A DNA stretch of 64,000 nucleotides, taken from contig NW_020845038.1 of NCBI RefSeq assembly GCF_003704095.1, positions 62,001 to 126,000 on the forward strand, read 5' to 3'. Positions 34,281-47,829 of the stretch are shown one piece after another. How positions within the stretch are numbered: the stretch's first letter is position 1; the number at the start of each line of letters is the position of its first letter. The notes under the pieces were generated by a model, which worked only from the letters and a program-made list of their open reading frames with translations, was not told where the DNA came from and made no database searches. The translations under genes were made by a program, and so were the position numbers. The stretch comes from Pocillopora damicornis. Lineage: Eukaryota.

Positions 34281-37200
34281 TGTGGTGCGATTCGGTGGTA
34301 CGTCGCCAAACTGACATCCCGTAGGACACCAAACCTCGCGAGCCAACTGCGTGTTCTGGAGATACTCGCCCAGAGATTTCTTGGCCGCTGCTCGGTACAA
34401 CGCTAAATTACTAACCTGGTTTGTCCTACGTCGGGTCAGCTTGCCTTCGTCTTTATCGCTGTATGTGCAGAAGAGATGAATAGACACGGCCAGCTTCAGA
34501 AATGAGTCCCCTAGCATCTCCAGCCTCTCCAGATTAAATGCATCTCCGCTGTGGGTGGTGGTAATAGCTTGAAGAACGAGAAAGGAGTCGGGGTGGTTAG
34601 CAGATGGTGGACTGTGAGGGAACATCGACCTGATGCCGGGGAAAAGTGCATCATCTTTTTCAGGGTCCCAAGTATCGTCTTCAACCTTCATGGGCGCTTC
34701 TCTTGAGCCCTCTTCAGCTCCAATGGGAGGAAGGGTTGATTCATCTGTTGTGTTGCGTACACCAGTAACCATGGCCTTGAGATCGTCAACGAGAAGGAGG
34801 GAGGTGACACGCTGAAGAATAGATGGTAGAATCTGAGACACGCTGAGAAGGGAAGCGCGAATGGGAATCTGGTCACACAACTCTGGAACAAGACAAATCA
34901 CATCTCGCTTGTTTTTTGTTCCTCGTTTTTGGTCCACAAGAAAATTCACTCTACCGGAGAGCTCTTTCACTTCAACAAGAGGTTGATGCTTGTTCGCAAT
35001 GCATCCCCTTTCTCCGTAATTAAGGCGAAAATATTCTTCATAAGTGTTGCCCTGCGACTTTTCTGGGAACGGAGACATCGGAGTCAAATCGCCACGAACA
35101 TTCAAAACAGCGTACTTTTGGGGAGATTCAACGTAGTTTTTTGTCACCGCTGAGTCTACGACGATGGGCTGATTTCCACGGCTTTGTTTGGGTGCACGCG
35201 AAAGTTCTTCTCTCATGCAATCAAAGTCAATACTCCTTCCTGAAGCCTTCAACATAACAATGAAGTAACCATCCACACTTCCTGGTGTGAATTCCACAGG
35301 AGAGCGTAGAACGTGACTGAAGAGAAAGAGATGAAACTTGCGAAGAATGTCCAACTCTTGTTTAGTGATGTTTACACGCAAAGAAGATCTGTGACACTGC
35401 AAGGATACCGTGACTTCGCCATAGTTAGGATACAGTTTGAACGATCGTATCTGAAGAGTGAAAAAATTTCATTGTAAAATGTAGGGCAACATCTGCAGTC
35501 AAGCCCGAATTCAGGTCAATATTTGGAGCAAGTCTTATCGTTTAAGGAATAGAACCTCATAACTGTTATTTTACGAAGGGCCGACTGTTGCTAAGGTTTA
35601 CAGGTCAAAAAAACTGACTGCCTGTTACTACGCACTCTCAGTGTCCTGCAAAGTAAGAATCGTTCCTATTTTAAACTGCGAGGTCCTTGATAGTGTGTGT
35701 GGTAAAAGTGGTATATGTTTTAATCGGGGACCTTTAGTAGCTAGTGAGAATTCAAAGTAAAACAACCAAACTGCCTAAAGCGCGGGAAAATGCAGACGAT
35801 CAAGTCGTGATTGGTTTTAGTTTTGCAGCTGATCGGCTGAAAGAGAGGTTCAAGTTTTCTGGACCAATCACAGAGCGACACTGGATTGAAAATTGCTCAA
35901 TAGAGTTACTTGACAACAAATGAAATATTAATAATCAAGTACTAACCCAAGGAACTCTTTTCGTTGTCAGCATTCCAAACGTGCAAGTTTTATCGAGGAA
36001 CAGTGGCTTACTAACGACAAACTCTTGTGGCTGAGTAAGTTTAGTGACTTGTATGGTGATGGTCGTGAGGAACTGGGGCTGACCATCCTGTACCAAGCTG
36101 CTGACAAATACTTCAGGAACCTGGGCAAGAACAAAACATCAGGGCTCAGTTGTGTAAAGGGCCGATAACGCTATCCAACGGATAAATCGCTATCCAGCCG
36201 ATAAGTGATAGCAAAACATACTGCGTTATCCACCGGATAGAGTTTTATCCGGTGGATAGTGGTATCCAACCTCAGAACAACTGGGGCCAGGTAAAGAAGG
36301 TGTAAATATTTTGCCAAGAGCATGAACTGAAGGAGAAACTTGCCCTCAACGTAGGGATTCGAGCATGGGTTTCATGGTCGAACGCTCTGCCAACGGCGCT
36401 ACAGAAAATAAGCTGTATACTCAGTCATACGAAATCTTTGGGGTAATCTGGGGTGCACCTTTGTTTTGCGTTGCGAAGTTAGGCGTGCAAATTATTTGAA
36501 TTTAATGCAAATTTGTGGGTGCGAGATAAGGATCTAATAAAAAACCTCCAAACAATACCCCCAGCGCCCAATTGTTCGAAGGCCGATTAGCGCTAACCCG
36601 GGGTTACTGAGTTTTAATCTGGGTTTCTTTAGTCCCTTCTTCAAAGGCCTATTTCAGATAATTTCTTCAATTCTTTTTAGAACACCCAAGCATCAAATTG
36701 TAGGCAAAAATAAATATACTGAATATGCCTTTAAAGCTTTCAGATTTGAGGTCAGATTTCACGCTAACCCTGGGTTATCTTAACCTAGCTTTGAACAACC
36801 TGGCCCGGATGTTTGCCTCTCTTATTCCGCTTGGTGTTTCACTTTAGTTTCAACCCGAGGTAAATCTGCGGCTATGATGGTCAACTTAACCTATGTTGGG
36901 CTTCTCGTTGGCTGACAAGGGTTGCTTGGGAAATTTAATTTTGCTGTGACGTATTTTTATTCATTGGAAAAGTGGCAGAGTCTTCCCTAAATTGAAACAA
37001 ACTAGCAAACAGAAGTCTCAAGTTCCTTTTAAGTTTAATGATTTAGAGAAACCAAAAATGTTAATAAATTTCAACTAAAGAACCAAGTCTGCATTTTAAC
37101 CCTGGTCTGTAGTCTTCAGTCTGCATTTTACCCTCAGTCTGCATTTTAACATTGGTTTCACACTGACTGTAATTTGATGAGAATGGGGCCAATAAAAATT

Positions 37201-40200
37201 ATTCAGGGAGAGGCAGACCCTCTAGCTGACTGACCAAATTTATGAATAGACAGTGCATTGTGAGCAACATTGTACTGAAATGTAAGTTAACAGTTTAATA
37301 TGTAAGTGTAAGTCACAGGCCACATTTGTGACATTCAACTGCTTACCTTTCTCATATACTGTCGTCTTCTCTTCTTTGTTCCAGCTTTTGGTTTCTTTCC
37401 GCCAAACTCAGCTGCTGCTTCTTCTTCTTCCAGACCACTTTCCTCGTCAGATAAAGTCTGCTTTGGTAACAGGTCATCATCAAGTTCACCAATCTTGTGA
37501 AGCAGCTCACAGGCTCTGAGCGCAGCGACCATCTTGGCTTGGCTCTTACTTGGCATTGGTTCACCCTGATGAAATGCAGAGAGAGATGATTCTGATGTGA
37601 GCGATTTACATGTAATTTCTCCTTGTAATTCCAATATCTTGCATTGCAAACAGGTTATGAGAACCTATAAGCTTATCACCTTTAAGGTTTTGTCTTGATA
37701 TAAAACCATATTCTCCTCTCCAATTTACAAGGAAATGTATGGCAGTTTGTAGAGAGAATCTTACAGAATCTTGGAGAGTTACTGGGGTAATTCCCAAGAG
37801 CTAACAAACAATTCTTGTGCTAAATTACAATGCTTTTCCTTGAAACTTGGTTCAAAGAATGAGAGCAGTTTTGAATTGAGAGTCACAAAACCAAAACCAG
37901 AGTACCAATAACCAATCAGAAGACAGATAACCATTATCATTAGCCAATGAGAATGACAGTGAAAATAAGCATATTTCTGTGGTAGGTTTTTTATTTCTTT
38001 ATTTAAAAAAAGAGAAGTCCTCCAAACTCACTATTATATCTTCATGTATTGGACAGTTTCTTGGAAGTGTTAGTTTACACTTGTAACCATCTTTCCCAAT
38101 TTCTTTGACCTTGTAAACTGGCTTGGGCCGAGTAAACTGGTCTCCTGGAAGCTTTGAACAGTACCTGAAATGACAAAAGTAGAAATATTGATATAATTCT
38201 AGGTTTATAAAGTTTATAATAAGTAATTAATCTTCTCTATATTAAATATAAGACCCTGAGTTAAAATTTAAAAGAGCATAACTTTTATGTTGATGTGGTG
38301 TAAGAGCTTTTAAAGAGGCAGTGTAATCCCTTATTTTGAACTCAACAGGTACAAAAAAAGTCATCAAACAGGTAGACTTATCCTTTTACCTGCAGAAGTT
38401 TCACAAATTTCAAGTGATTTTTGGTGAAAAATAAGAGGTAATACAAGCAGTAAATTGTACCAGTTGCCTCCAGAAAAGGAGAACAATGGAGAGCTGTCAA
38501 TTATTAATCAGTTTGTTGTTGCTACGGGGTGATCTTGAGTTTTGTGGGGAAGCAAGCTGGCTTTACAGCAATACTCATGGTAAATACAAATCACCCCTTT
38601 CACAATAGGAGCCCAAGTTTGTTACCCATAAATGGCACATCTTCCTTTTTTAGACTTACATTACTCAACAATAAACAACTCAACCAATACCGGTAATCTT
38701 AAATCTAAAACCACCTCAGAATTGGAAGTTAATAAATTCCTTGCACTTACTTTGAAAGTAGAGAAACACTACTGCTCATAGTTACTCTAGCTCCCTTGCC
38801 ATTTACTGGTATGTACGGCAGCAAGAAATCTGTGTCTACTGATTCATTACACTCCTCCACTGATGGCTCCAATCGATCATGGCATCTTTCCAACAAGATT
38901 TCCTCAATTGCACGCAACATCTAGGATATAAGTCATTTTTAAAAAGCTTCCTAAGAGTATACATTTGTTACTGTCATTCACTCAGGTTACTGATATGTGT
39001 TTATTTGCAATATTCAAACCAACTTTCCCAGCTCAGCTTAAAGCTGGTTTAAATGGCAGCCTGTATAAACAATCTAAAAGGCCAGACTATGACTGACATC
39101 TACATTCCCTATTCTTTGCAAGAAATGCATGGTTTCCTTAATGTCCCCTGCCAATCATTACAGAGGAGATGAGGCTTACAGCTTGTTATCCTTTTTCGAG
39201 TTGACTAGAATGTCTAACTATTTGCAGATGTCTTAGCAAAGGCAGCACACTTCTCAGTTATTCTAAGACCCTAAGTGTTGGTTCAGTCTGGGGCTTGAAC
39301 CCTCAACCTCCCACACCACAGTCTGGTGCTCTACAACCTCTGCTAAACAATATCAATGACAGTCACCAAAATACAGGATAGGTATGGATTTTTACTGACT
39401 TTATTACATTAAAAAATGTACCTCCAATTCATTCTCTTTTTCCACTTGCTCTTTTTCATCCACCAGCATGTAGTACTTGGAACCCTTGGCACGAGCTCTG
39501 CCCTTTGACTGTACATAGGAGCGGTAATTCTTTGGGAAATCAAACCTGCAGACAACATTGCACTTGGGAATATCTAATCCCTCCTCAACAACAGAGGTGG
39601 CTATCAGCACATTGAATTCATGTCTTTTCTTGTCATTTCGGAACTTGCGCAGCACTTCCTCCTGTTTCTTAAAATTCATCTCTGCATTACTGGAGTAGTT
39701 AACCTTTGCACCTGTGCCATGACCAATCACAAAGTTACTTTTGATGAATGAGAGCTCCTGATCTAGTTTGGCAGCCATGTTAAGCTGTTTACTGAGGATC
39801 ATTGCTGTGTATCGTCTTTCAACAAACACAATGGCACAGAGGGTCTTGTCCTCTTCAGATGCTGCAAAATAACCAAACTGGGGATCACCAAGCTGTTTTG
39901 CAGAGTGGCATTCAAAAACCACTCTTGCACATTGAATTCAGAAAACAGATTTCAAGAAAGATCCAATTTAAAAGCTTGCTTTTGAGTGTGTAGGGATTAA
40001 CAAAAACACAAATATAAACCTACAAGATCATTATTATTTATATCATTATTAACAATTGGCTAAATCTTCCTTAAGGTGAAGCTGGGTAGCATATGTAGCC
40101 ATGTTTGATCCTTCTGCCCTTGTGATTGTTCTTCAACTGAAAGCCATTTCTTGATTGAATGAGGAGATGGTTACAGAAGTTCAAAATGTCCTCTAAATAT

Positions 40201-43200
40201 TGATCTCCCCCTGAGAGATTATTATGGTTGCTATTATCATCATTTTTGTTTTTAAATTTCCTACTATAAAAATTGTAATCATTATGGTGCTATTATTATC
40301 ATCAACACTTTTTTTTATTAGCACCACTATTATCAATATTAGTGCCATTAAATATTATTATTGATTTTATTTCTGTTACTATGATAGAGGGTTCCATTTC
40401 ACCTCTCACTGCTAAGAGCAAACCAAAACAAATTTCTCCTCACAATAACATTACAATTCAAATATGAAGGAGCTGAGAAGAGAGAGAAATAATGGGCAGT
40501 GGATGTCTTGAAATTTAACACAGAGTCTCAGGGTTGAAATTTTTAGGAAGGTTTGGCGAGATCTTAGGCATGAAAGGGTCAACTTGTGATAAGAAATGCA
40601 AAAATATCCACTTTGCTAATCTTCTGTTTTAGTCTCCATGAAGGATATAAAAAAGTAAGTTTCATAAATAAAGCAGTCAGCAGAGTATTCCTTACCTTCA
40701 TGCTGTGAGTTAGCAAACTCCCTGAAAACACTCAGAAGTTTTTCAAGTTTAGGCATGAAGTAGCAATGTTCACTGTCCTCAGACCCATCATTTTCAGTAA
40801 AATTACAGTAAGTTCTTCGCAGTTGACGCAGCTGGTTGGCACTACACTCACATGCTCTGTCTACAAGAAAAGATCAAGGTTTATTAGTGCATTCCATTCC
40901 AGTTGATCAAAAGATGCCAACAAAGGCATTTTTATCCATCCCAGGTTAATTTTGCTTGAATTGGAATAATGCAGTCTTATGAGCAGAGAGTTTGGCACAC
41001 TCTGATTCTTTTCCAATGACCCTCAGAGTGACTAGCATCCAATTTCTTCTTACAATATAACGCCAGCCTGAATCAACCAATAAGGTAAGAATATAGGAAA
41101 TGATCACCACCTAAAGAAGCTGTTGATTGTTAAGTTCTCCTTGTCAGCACATTAAGAAATATATAGAGAACAGTTTGGAGAACATGTATACTGATGTTAG
41201 GATGTAATGATTTAAAGCAAAATTTAAAAACAATCCTACATGGCCAAAATGTTTGGAAATGGAGGCATGAGATTTTTTCCCTTCTTTTTGGAAACTAATA
41301 TTTGGTTCATGTTGACTGTATTATGATTTTAAAAACTTGACTTGAACTTGGGGCATAGTTACATTTATCTCTAAAACTGAAACTGTACCATACCTAGATC
41401 CTCGATTAAGTATTCCGCCACTTTAAATGCAGCCCAAGGGCCCAATTCATCCAATGTCTCCTTACATTCCATCAAGGCCAACTTAGCATTCCGGTGCGCA
41501 TGTTCATCACAGCTGGACACCCGAGGGTTGCAAAGAAGATCAATTCCTTGTGTTAAGACATCTGACAGTTTCTTGATCAAAATGTTCACATTTTCATCAG
41601 TGCTCTGGCTTGGGTAAACAAGGACCAGTTCTTTGGGTTTAGCAGCATATTTTTCAACATCATCATCTTGACTTGTTTCGCATGTAGATCTTAATGTGCG
41701 TTCCAGCGCTTGGATCTCCGATTCAATTTTATAAGGTTTTACTTTTCCATTTATTATCGAGGCAGTTAAACCCATAACTTTGGGTAATGGGCGCTGTGGG
41801 CAATTGCTGAAGCACTGCATTATCTGTCTGTAAGGATGATTCTTCGTGGCGTGGTGGCATTCATCAAAGATCAAGAGATTCACTTGTGAAAGAAGTATGA
41901 AGCTATGTGACAGCAGGTTGAGGAATATTTGATATGTCATGACCAGAACGTTGAATGTATTGAACTCATTTTCCCAAGTGGGCTTCTTCCAGAAATCTAC
42001 TCCCATCTCTCCAACATAATGCCTGACTTTCAAGTCAGTATGTTTTGCAATTGCTTTTGCCTGTTGGCTGGCTAGTGGAACTGGAAAAAAAGGAAGAACA
42101 AGTTAGTTACAAGGGGAGTAGATTTCCTCTAGAACCCTCAAGCTCCTTTCGACTCAAGGAAGTCAGAATAACAGGACATGAAAGACTCTGAAAAAGATGA
42201 ATTTAAATAAGCTCTCCAGCAAGCCCCTTAGGATACAGTGTTTATGTTTGATGATATAGACTATATGCTCGAATCCTGGGAATCCTTATTTAACTCAGTG
42301 CTTGAATAGCATTGTCCTTGGTGTGAGAAATGTGTGAAACAGCTTCAAGAAGTTCCTTGAATGTCCAAACCCACTTTAGATCAACTGCATCTCAGAGATA
42401 CCTATCTCAAAGCTGCAAGGATTTTATGTTCTTCTGATGACTGAAGAAAGTATAAAGTCGAGAGAAACAAAGCTGTCAGAGTCATTTGTAATGCTAAATG
42501 TGAATATTTTAATGATACTTTTGATGCCAACAAGAACAATTCCAAGTCAATGTGGAAGACAATTAAATCTTTAACAGGTGGCAAAAAGAATGCAAAATCT
42601 TTTAGTTGCTTCAAAGATGGTGACTGCATTACTGATGACAAAAAAGGCATGGCTGATCTATTTAGCAGACATTTTGCATCCATGACTGGAAGTTTAAGAT
42701 CTACTTTGCCAAGTGTCAACTGGAATTTTGACAACCTACACAACTTTGTCAATTCAAGAAAAAACCCTGATGTGCCATTTCCTGTTCCTACAGTAACACC
42801 ATCCATTGTCAATACAAATTTTTTGAGTATCAGTCCTGATCAAGCTGTTGGTATTAATTGTAACAGATTACAATTATTGAGGATAGCAGCTCCTGAAATA
42901 GTGCCTTCTGTTGCCCGGCTTATAAATTTTTTCATTAAGAATGGAGTGTTCCTTAAGTGATGGAAGAAAGCATAAGTCACTCCTTTGTTCAAAGGTGGCA
43001 AAAAAGGTGATCGTTCCAATTTCCCACTATCAGTCCTTCCAGTGCTTTCAAAAGTGGTTGAATGTTATATCCATGACTGTTTCTATGCCAGTCTGTCTGA
43101 GAACAACCTTATCTGACCATGGTCAGTCTAAATTTAGAAAACAGCTCAGCTCTGATCCTATTTAATAAACAGCAACAAGTTGTCTCTATTGATGGCAGTG

Positions 43201-44656
43201 ACTCTGAACCTTCTGTGATTAAGCATGGTGTCCCTTAGGGAGGTATTCTGGACCCATTGTTTTTCATTCTTTTTATCAAAAACTTGCTTTTCTATGGGTT
43301 ATCTTCCCAAATAGATCTATATGCTGATGATACCACTTTAACATCATCTGCTCAATATAAAGACACTTCATCTTTCTATTCTTATGTTGAAAATGTTTGT
43401 AAAAAACTTTCTCAACACATGAAGTAATGCCATTGATATTATGAGAGCATGATGAGACCTGTATTAAATAAAGTTGCTGTTGTTTGAACCAATTGTAAAA
43501 AGGACCTTTTAGGTAGAACGCTGAGATTATAGAAGCATGCAGCTAGACTTGTTATGGATGCTGATTCTTAGGTCTCTTCTGTCAGATTATTAGATGATTT
43601 AAGTTGGTTACCTTTTCATGAGGAGGCTAAAATTTCCAAATATTTAATTGCATTTAAGAGACTTTGAGGAGAATCATTTGCATATATTACTAGCCTTTTA
43701 ACATATAATAGTGTTCTTCACTCTTGTAACACTGGGAATGCAAACTATAACTTAGTATGCCCAAAGTTAAAACGTAAATTAGTTGGCGGCAAAACTTTCA
43801 ATGTTACCGCATGTCAACTATGGAACAGTTTATTTATCACCTTATGACAGAAGACATCTGTACAAAGTTTTAAAAATGCCTTAAGGCAATTTTTTCTCAG
43901 AAGTCAACAGAATTTGAATCATTTTATAGTTTAATAGGTTCCTTTTTACAGTTTCATGACTCTGTCATTTAATCCTTGAGATCTACTTTATGTTAGATTT
44001 TATCATAGGATTTTTAATTTTTCAACTGTTCTTTTATTTCTTTAATAATGTATTTATTTTTACTTACTGATATCTAAATTTGTATTAGTAATATCATATA
44101 TATTCTATAAGGGCCTCAAGTTTATTAGCCTTTTGGCTATTAAGTGCTACCCTCTTTAAAGAAATAAAGATTTTACTAGAATGTAAACCACATTCTTGAT
44201 CTTATATTTTAGTTTCTGGCATCGAAAGTTCAAATATATCATAATCAGACCAAAACAAGGAAAGATCTATGATCATTTCCTCTATTTCCATTGAATTGTA
44301 TTTAAACCGTATGCGAGGACCGCCACTACCCCTCTTCACAACCCCGGCCCGACCCGCGCTGAGATATCGTACCCACTCCCCCGAGGTAAAGCCGATCTCA
44401 AAAAGACGAAACATACATAGATACCTGTATTTACAAGGAAGAAAGTTCTTCGCCCGCCGTCTTTATAGTTTCCTCTTACTTCATGAGCGAGTTCTTTTAT
44501 GAGCATGACACTTATAAACGTTTTGCCAGTTCCCGTGCCCAGACATACGATGGTGTTCCTTTCCTTCGCCCGCTCCAGAAGCTCCACTTGGTACGGCCGA
44601 GCTGAAAAATTCTCAACGGTTTCTCCACCTGTTTTGCTTTCGGAAGCCTTTTCCAT
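34281..44656 (-). CDS. DICER: Dicer-like endoribonuclease, fragment B (exons 1-9: helicase, DUF283, platform, PAZ, first half of RNase IIIa); runs into a gap
   Basis: Exons 44656-44425, 42080-41394, 40860-40696, 39861-39422, 38920-38751, 38164-38032, 37565-37347, 36120-35947, 35450-34281(gap), continuous frame. Helicase motifs, [28 protein letters not shown] ([27 protein letters not shown]), [12 protein letters not shown]. Confidence 0.94.
36143..36287. mobile_element. Small MITE in copy B intron 7, ~20 nt from the exon-8 acceptor
   Basis: ggctcagttg…caactggggc termini, internal gctatcca/tggatag repeats, CAG on both sides; absent at the equivalent site in copy E (57595-57625). Confidence 0.7.
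36562..36808. mobile_element. MITE with related termini
   Basis: gcccaattgttcgaag … ctttgaacaacctggc inverted ends; internal gctaaccc.gggtta palindromes. Confidence 0.55.
37085..37150. repeat. Short tandem repeat of AGTCTGCATTTTA
   Basis: Three copies within 65 bp. Confidence 0.7.
42170..44177 (+). mobile_element. 5'-truncated, decayed non-LTR retrotransposon (CR1/L2-like reverse transcriptase) in copy B intron 1, antisense to Dicer
   Basis: Broken RT motifs [44 protein letters not shown] (43319-43336); many stops; AATAAA near the 3' end; AGAAT at both flanks (42165-42169, 44178-44182); absent from copy A intron 1. Confidence 0.85.
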
Positions 44657-46385
44657 GGTTTCACTTAATAAAATTACAAATGATGAAAAAAGCTTGAGTG
44701 TCAATTCAAACTACGACGCCCTACGTTGGAAATCCTCTCACAAAGAAGGGCGATTCAACCGGGAAATTTATTCAGACATAGAAGGTTATTAAGGAAATTA
44801 TAGGAATTATTAGAGTGGTCGAAATAGGGACAAACAGTTGATCGCCTCCGATCAAGAAATTGCATTCGCTTACCTGATAATTCCTTCACCAAAAAATAAA
44901 AACTTTCTTCGACGGTGGAATATTCTCAGCCGAAGATAAAAAGTGAAAATGCTTCGCTAAGCAAAATTAATATTACGATAAGTCACGATTTCTTTGACAC
45001 CTTGCCTTATTTGGTTATTTGCTTAATTAACCCTACAACATAGAACAACAGGAAACCGGCCATGGCATTATTGTGTTTTCCTAGAAAGTACCAAGCATCG
45101 ATATCCGGGAAAACAACGATTACGTCAAACAAGAGATTTAAAAAAAAAAAAAAAGATATGTAAATATTCCACGTGGCTGGCTTTGAGTTGTAACACTTTC
45201 CTCAAACAATGTCACGCGCGCTAAAGGAAAATTGTGGTTTCATTTGACTATGGAACTCAACCATGCATATTGATTAAATGGATTGTTTAAATATATCTTT
45301 CATTTTAAAAAGAAAGCGTCCCATATTTTTCGGCGCTTGATGATATCAGTTAGTCAGTTAAGTATTCTGTATAATAAGAGGAAGGCGGATTGTTTCCAGG
45401 AAAATTTTCAAAATCGTGAAATTTTTGAAGCATGAGGGCAAACCTTTGAAAGCATTTTTACAAGGGAAACAAGATCGATGTTTAATTCGGGCATAATTGA
45501 ATATTTTTTCCCAAAGTATTGGGCACTCTACTTAGCTGTAAGTCCGTGACCGGTGTTTCAGCGAACACCTCTTTAATCTAAAGGGTTACGCCTAAAGTTT
45601 GCCCTTTGGAATCTTGTTAATCTTCTCATAACGTTACGAACTAATTTTTTTGTCTCCTTTTTTAAGGCAAAGGTATTTTCACTCGGTACAAGAAGATATT
45701 CAAAGTATTACGAAATGGCTCTGCCATAAATACGCTGCATGTTTATGCTAGAATTTTCTCTTCCATGTTAGACACATATCGGCGAATTTCATTCCAAGTG
45801 CCACGGAAATTCTAAGAAAGGATTGACGTCAATGACTGAGGACCAATTAATATTTATCACCCCAAAGGTGATGATCAAGTAGTATGTAGTCGCCATAACG
45901 AATTTTAAACTCTGACGTTTCGAGCGGCTTTTAACACTCCACTAACTTTTTTATCTTTATAAAAATAATGAAGAAAGAATTCTATCTAAAGAAATCTAAT
46001 CAACAGATCGCACTTTCTATCGGTTTACTGGCGTAATGACCCAGGCGGAAAAGCTCGGAAAATTTATAAACCACGAGCCGGAGGAGAGTGATTAATCAAC
46101 TTTTCAATGGCGCTCGTAGCCCCTCAGTTCCTTTATAAATTGTACATATATCATACAAATATGTTCCGATGCGCATTACAAATGATGAAGATAACTTTTC
46201 TCGTGGTGGGGGCTTCCGCACAAGTTAACTTTCTCTTCAATCTTCTCGCATACAACTTTCACAGAAACTTATGGAGATTGAATAGAGGGAGGCAGAGGAA
46301 TGGTCGAACCCTGCAGCAAATATGTAGGAGCTAAGAATAGGAGATTTTCTCGTCTCTCACAGGGAGAAAGTGAAATTGGATTAAT
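44657..46385 (-). promoter_or_regulatory. Duplicated upstream/promoter block of Dicer copy B
   Basis: Homologous to 26644-28337; retains GAS TTCCTAGAA 45078-45086 and TTCCAGGAA 45394-45402, CACGTG 45170-45175, TGACGTCA ~45824-45831, GAAAGTGAAA 46366-46375. Confidence 0.65.
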
Positions 46386-47252
46386 AAATTTTGGTGATTT
46401 CACATTGTTTTGCAGAAGACGGCTAAGAAATGTACAAGGTTAAAAACGCACGTGTTGAACTATTGTCCTGCCCATGAGATTTCTTTTTTTTTGCCACGTC
46501 CTCGTTGCCGTCGTGATTTGCGAGAGTCCCCCAGTTATAAAACGAGCCGTACTCCCCAAGGCGGCAATATATCATTTTTGCCATTGATTTCTTTATCCAT
46601 GAGGTGTATGCACAATGAAGTATGTGGCTGTACGGAAATCTTGTTACTTAATGTAGCAGGAAAATCAAGGTCGTCGAGAAAATTTGCCGCATTTCTCTCT
46701 CCTTAATGCAAACAAAAGTGACTACGTTTTCTTAACCAAACGATGGTGAAAAAAGGAACATTGAAAGCAAAGTTCACGTGCAATACTGACTCAAACGCAA
46801 ATCACGTGCCTAAGAAAACGCACGAGTAAACATGTAACATGCAAACGCATTGTCTTACACTCGGATGTGCGCTGCGTTTTCAGGTGTGTACCTGAGTGAA
46901 CACAACCTCAAACTTGCGGGACAACGCACGGTGAAAATGGTTTATGTTTAAAGCAAGATGGCGTCTTAGTTTCACAGTTGTTTCTGGCAAGCATTGGCAA
47001 AGAGTGTCCTGCACAGTACCTTGTGCTCACAGTACCGATGCAACACTGTGCGACGAACGGTGTGCAGACTACCAAAACAAAGAGACTTAAAACTACAAAG
47101 AGGTACGTTTCACGGTTTAGAGTAATCGGAAAAATGCACATCTAGTTTAAACAGAGATTTCTCTCAAGCTACATAAGCTTTCACTTCCTCTCACTTTGCG
47201 CAGGCGAAGTAGCTATGACACTGTTAAGTATCAACTGAAACTGAAATAAGCG

Positions 47253-47829
47253 TGTAAGTCTCCTGGCCTTTAATAACAACACCACAAACCAAATTCGAAT
47301 GAAGATTTATTGTAGCCGACGTGCTTGGTACTAAGAGTGTGCATACAAACAGCGTGGGTTGAAACAAAAACGGTAACAAAGCAAAAAAGTTACAAGTTGC
47401 GACTAAGGTAAATTAGAGTAAGGAAATAACAAAACTGCAAAACGAGGACTGTGAAGTACACTTACATTGTTTCGGTCAGAGAAAATTTCTGTAAAGCGGA
47501 CTGCGAATAACGCGAAGAGACTTGCAAGAAACTAAACAGAACTGCGCCAAGCGCGGACCAAAATGAACTGCCCAAACTGTACTACAAAAAACTACGATAT
47601 AAAAAATACGCTAGAACATGCGGAAAATAAAATTATAGAAAGGCGCTAATGAAGATAAAACAGCACGGAAACGCTAACGAGGGCGCGAAAACTGACAGAA
47701 AGGGATAAACACCTAAATTAACACGAAAAAAAAAAGACTAAACAAATGGACGAAAAGAAGTATAAACTAATTTGCGTACGCAAAGGAAAAACAAATTACG
47801 CAAGAACGAATAATAGAAAAAATGTTACA
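47253..47829 (-). mobile_element. Probable solo LTR (577 bp)
   Basis: TGTAA…TTACA termini, strong A/T strand bias, AATAAA ~55 nt from the 3' end on the minus strand; absent from the paralogous flank at ~63300-63330; no clear TSD. Confidence 0.45.
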
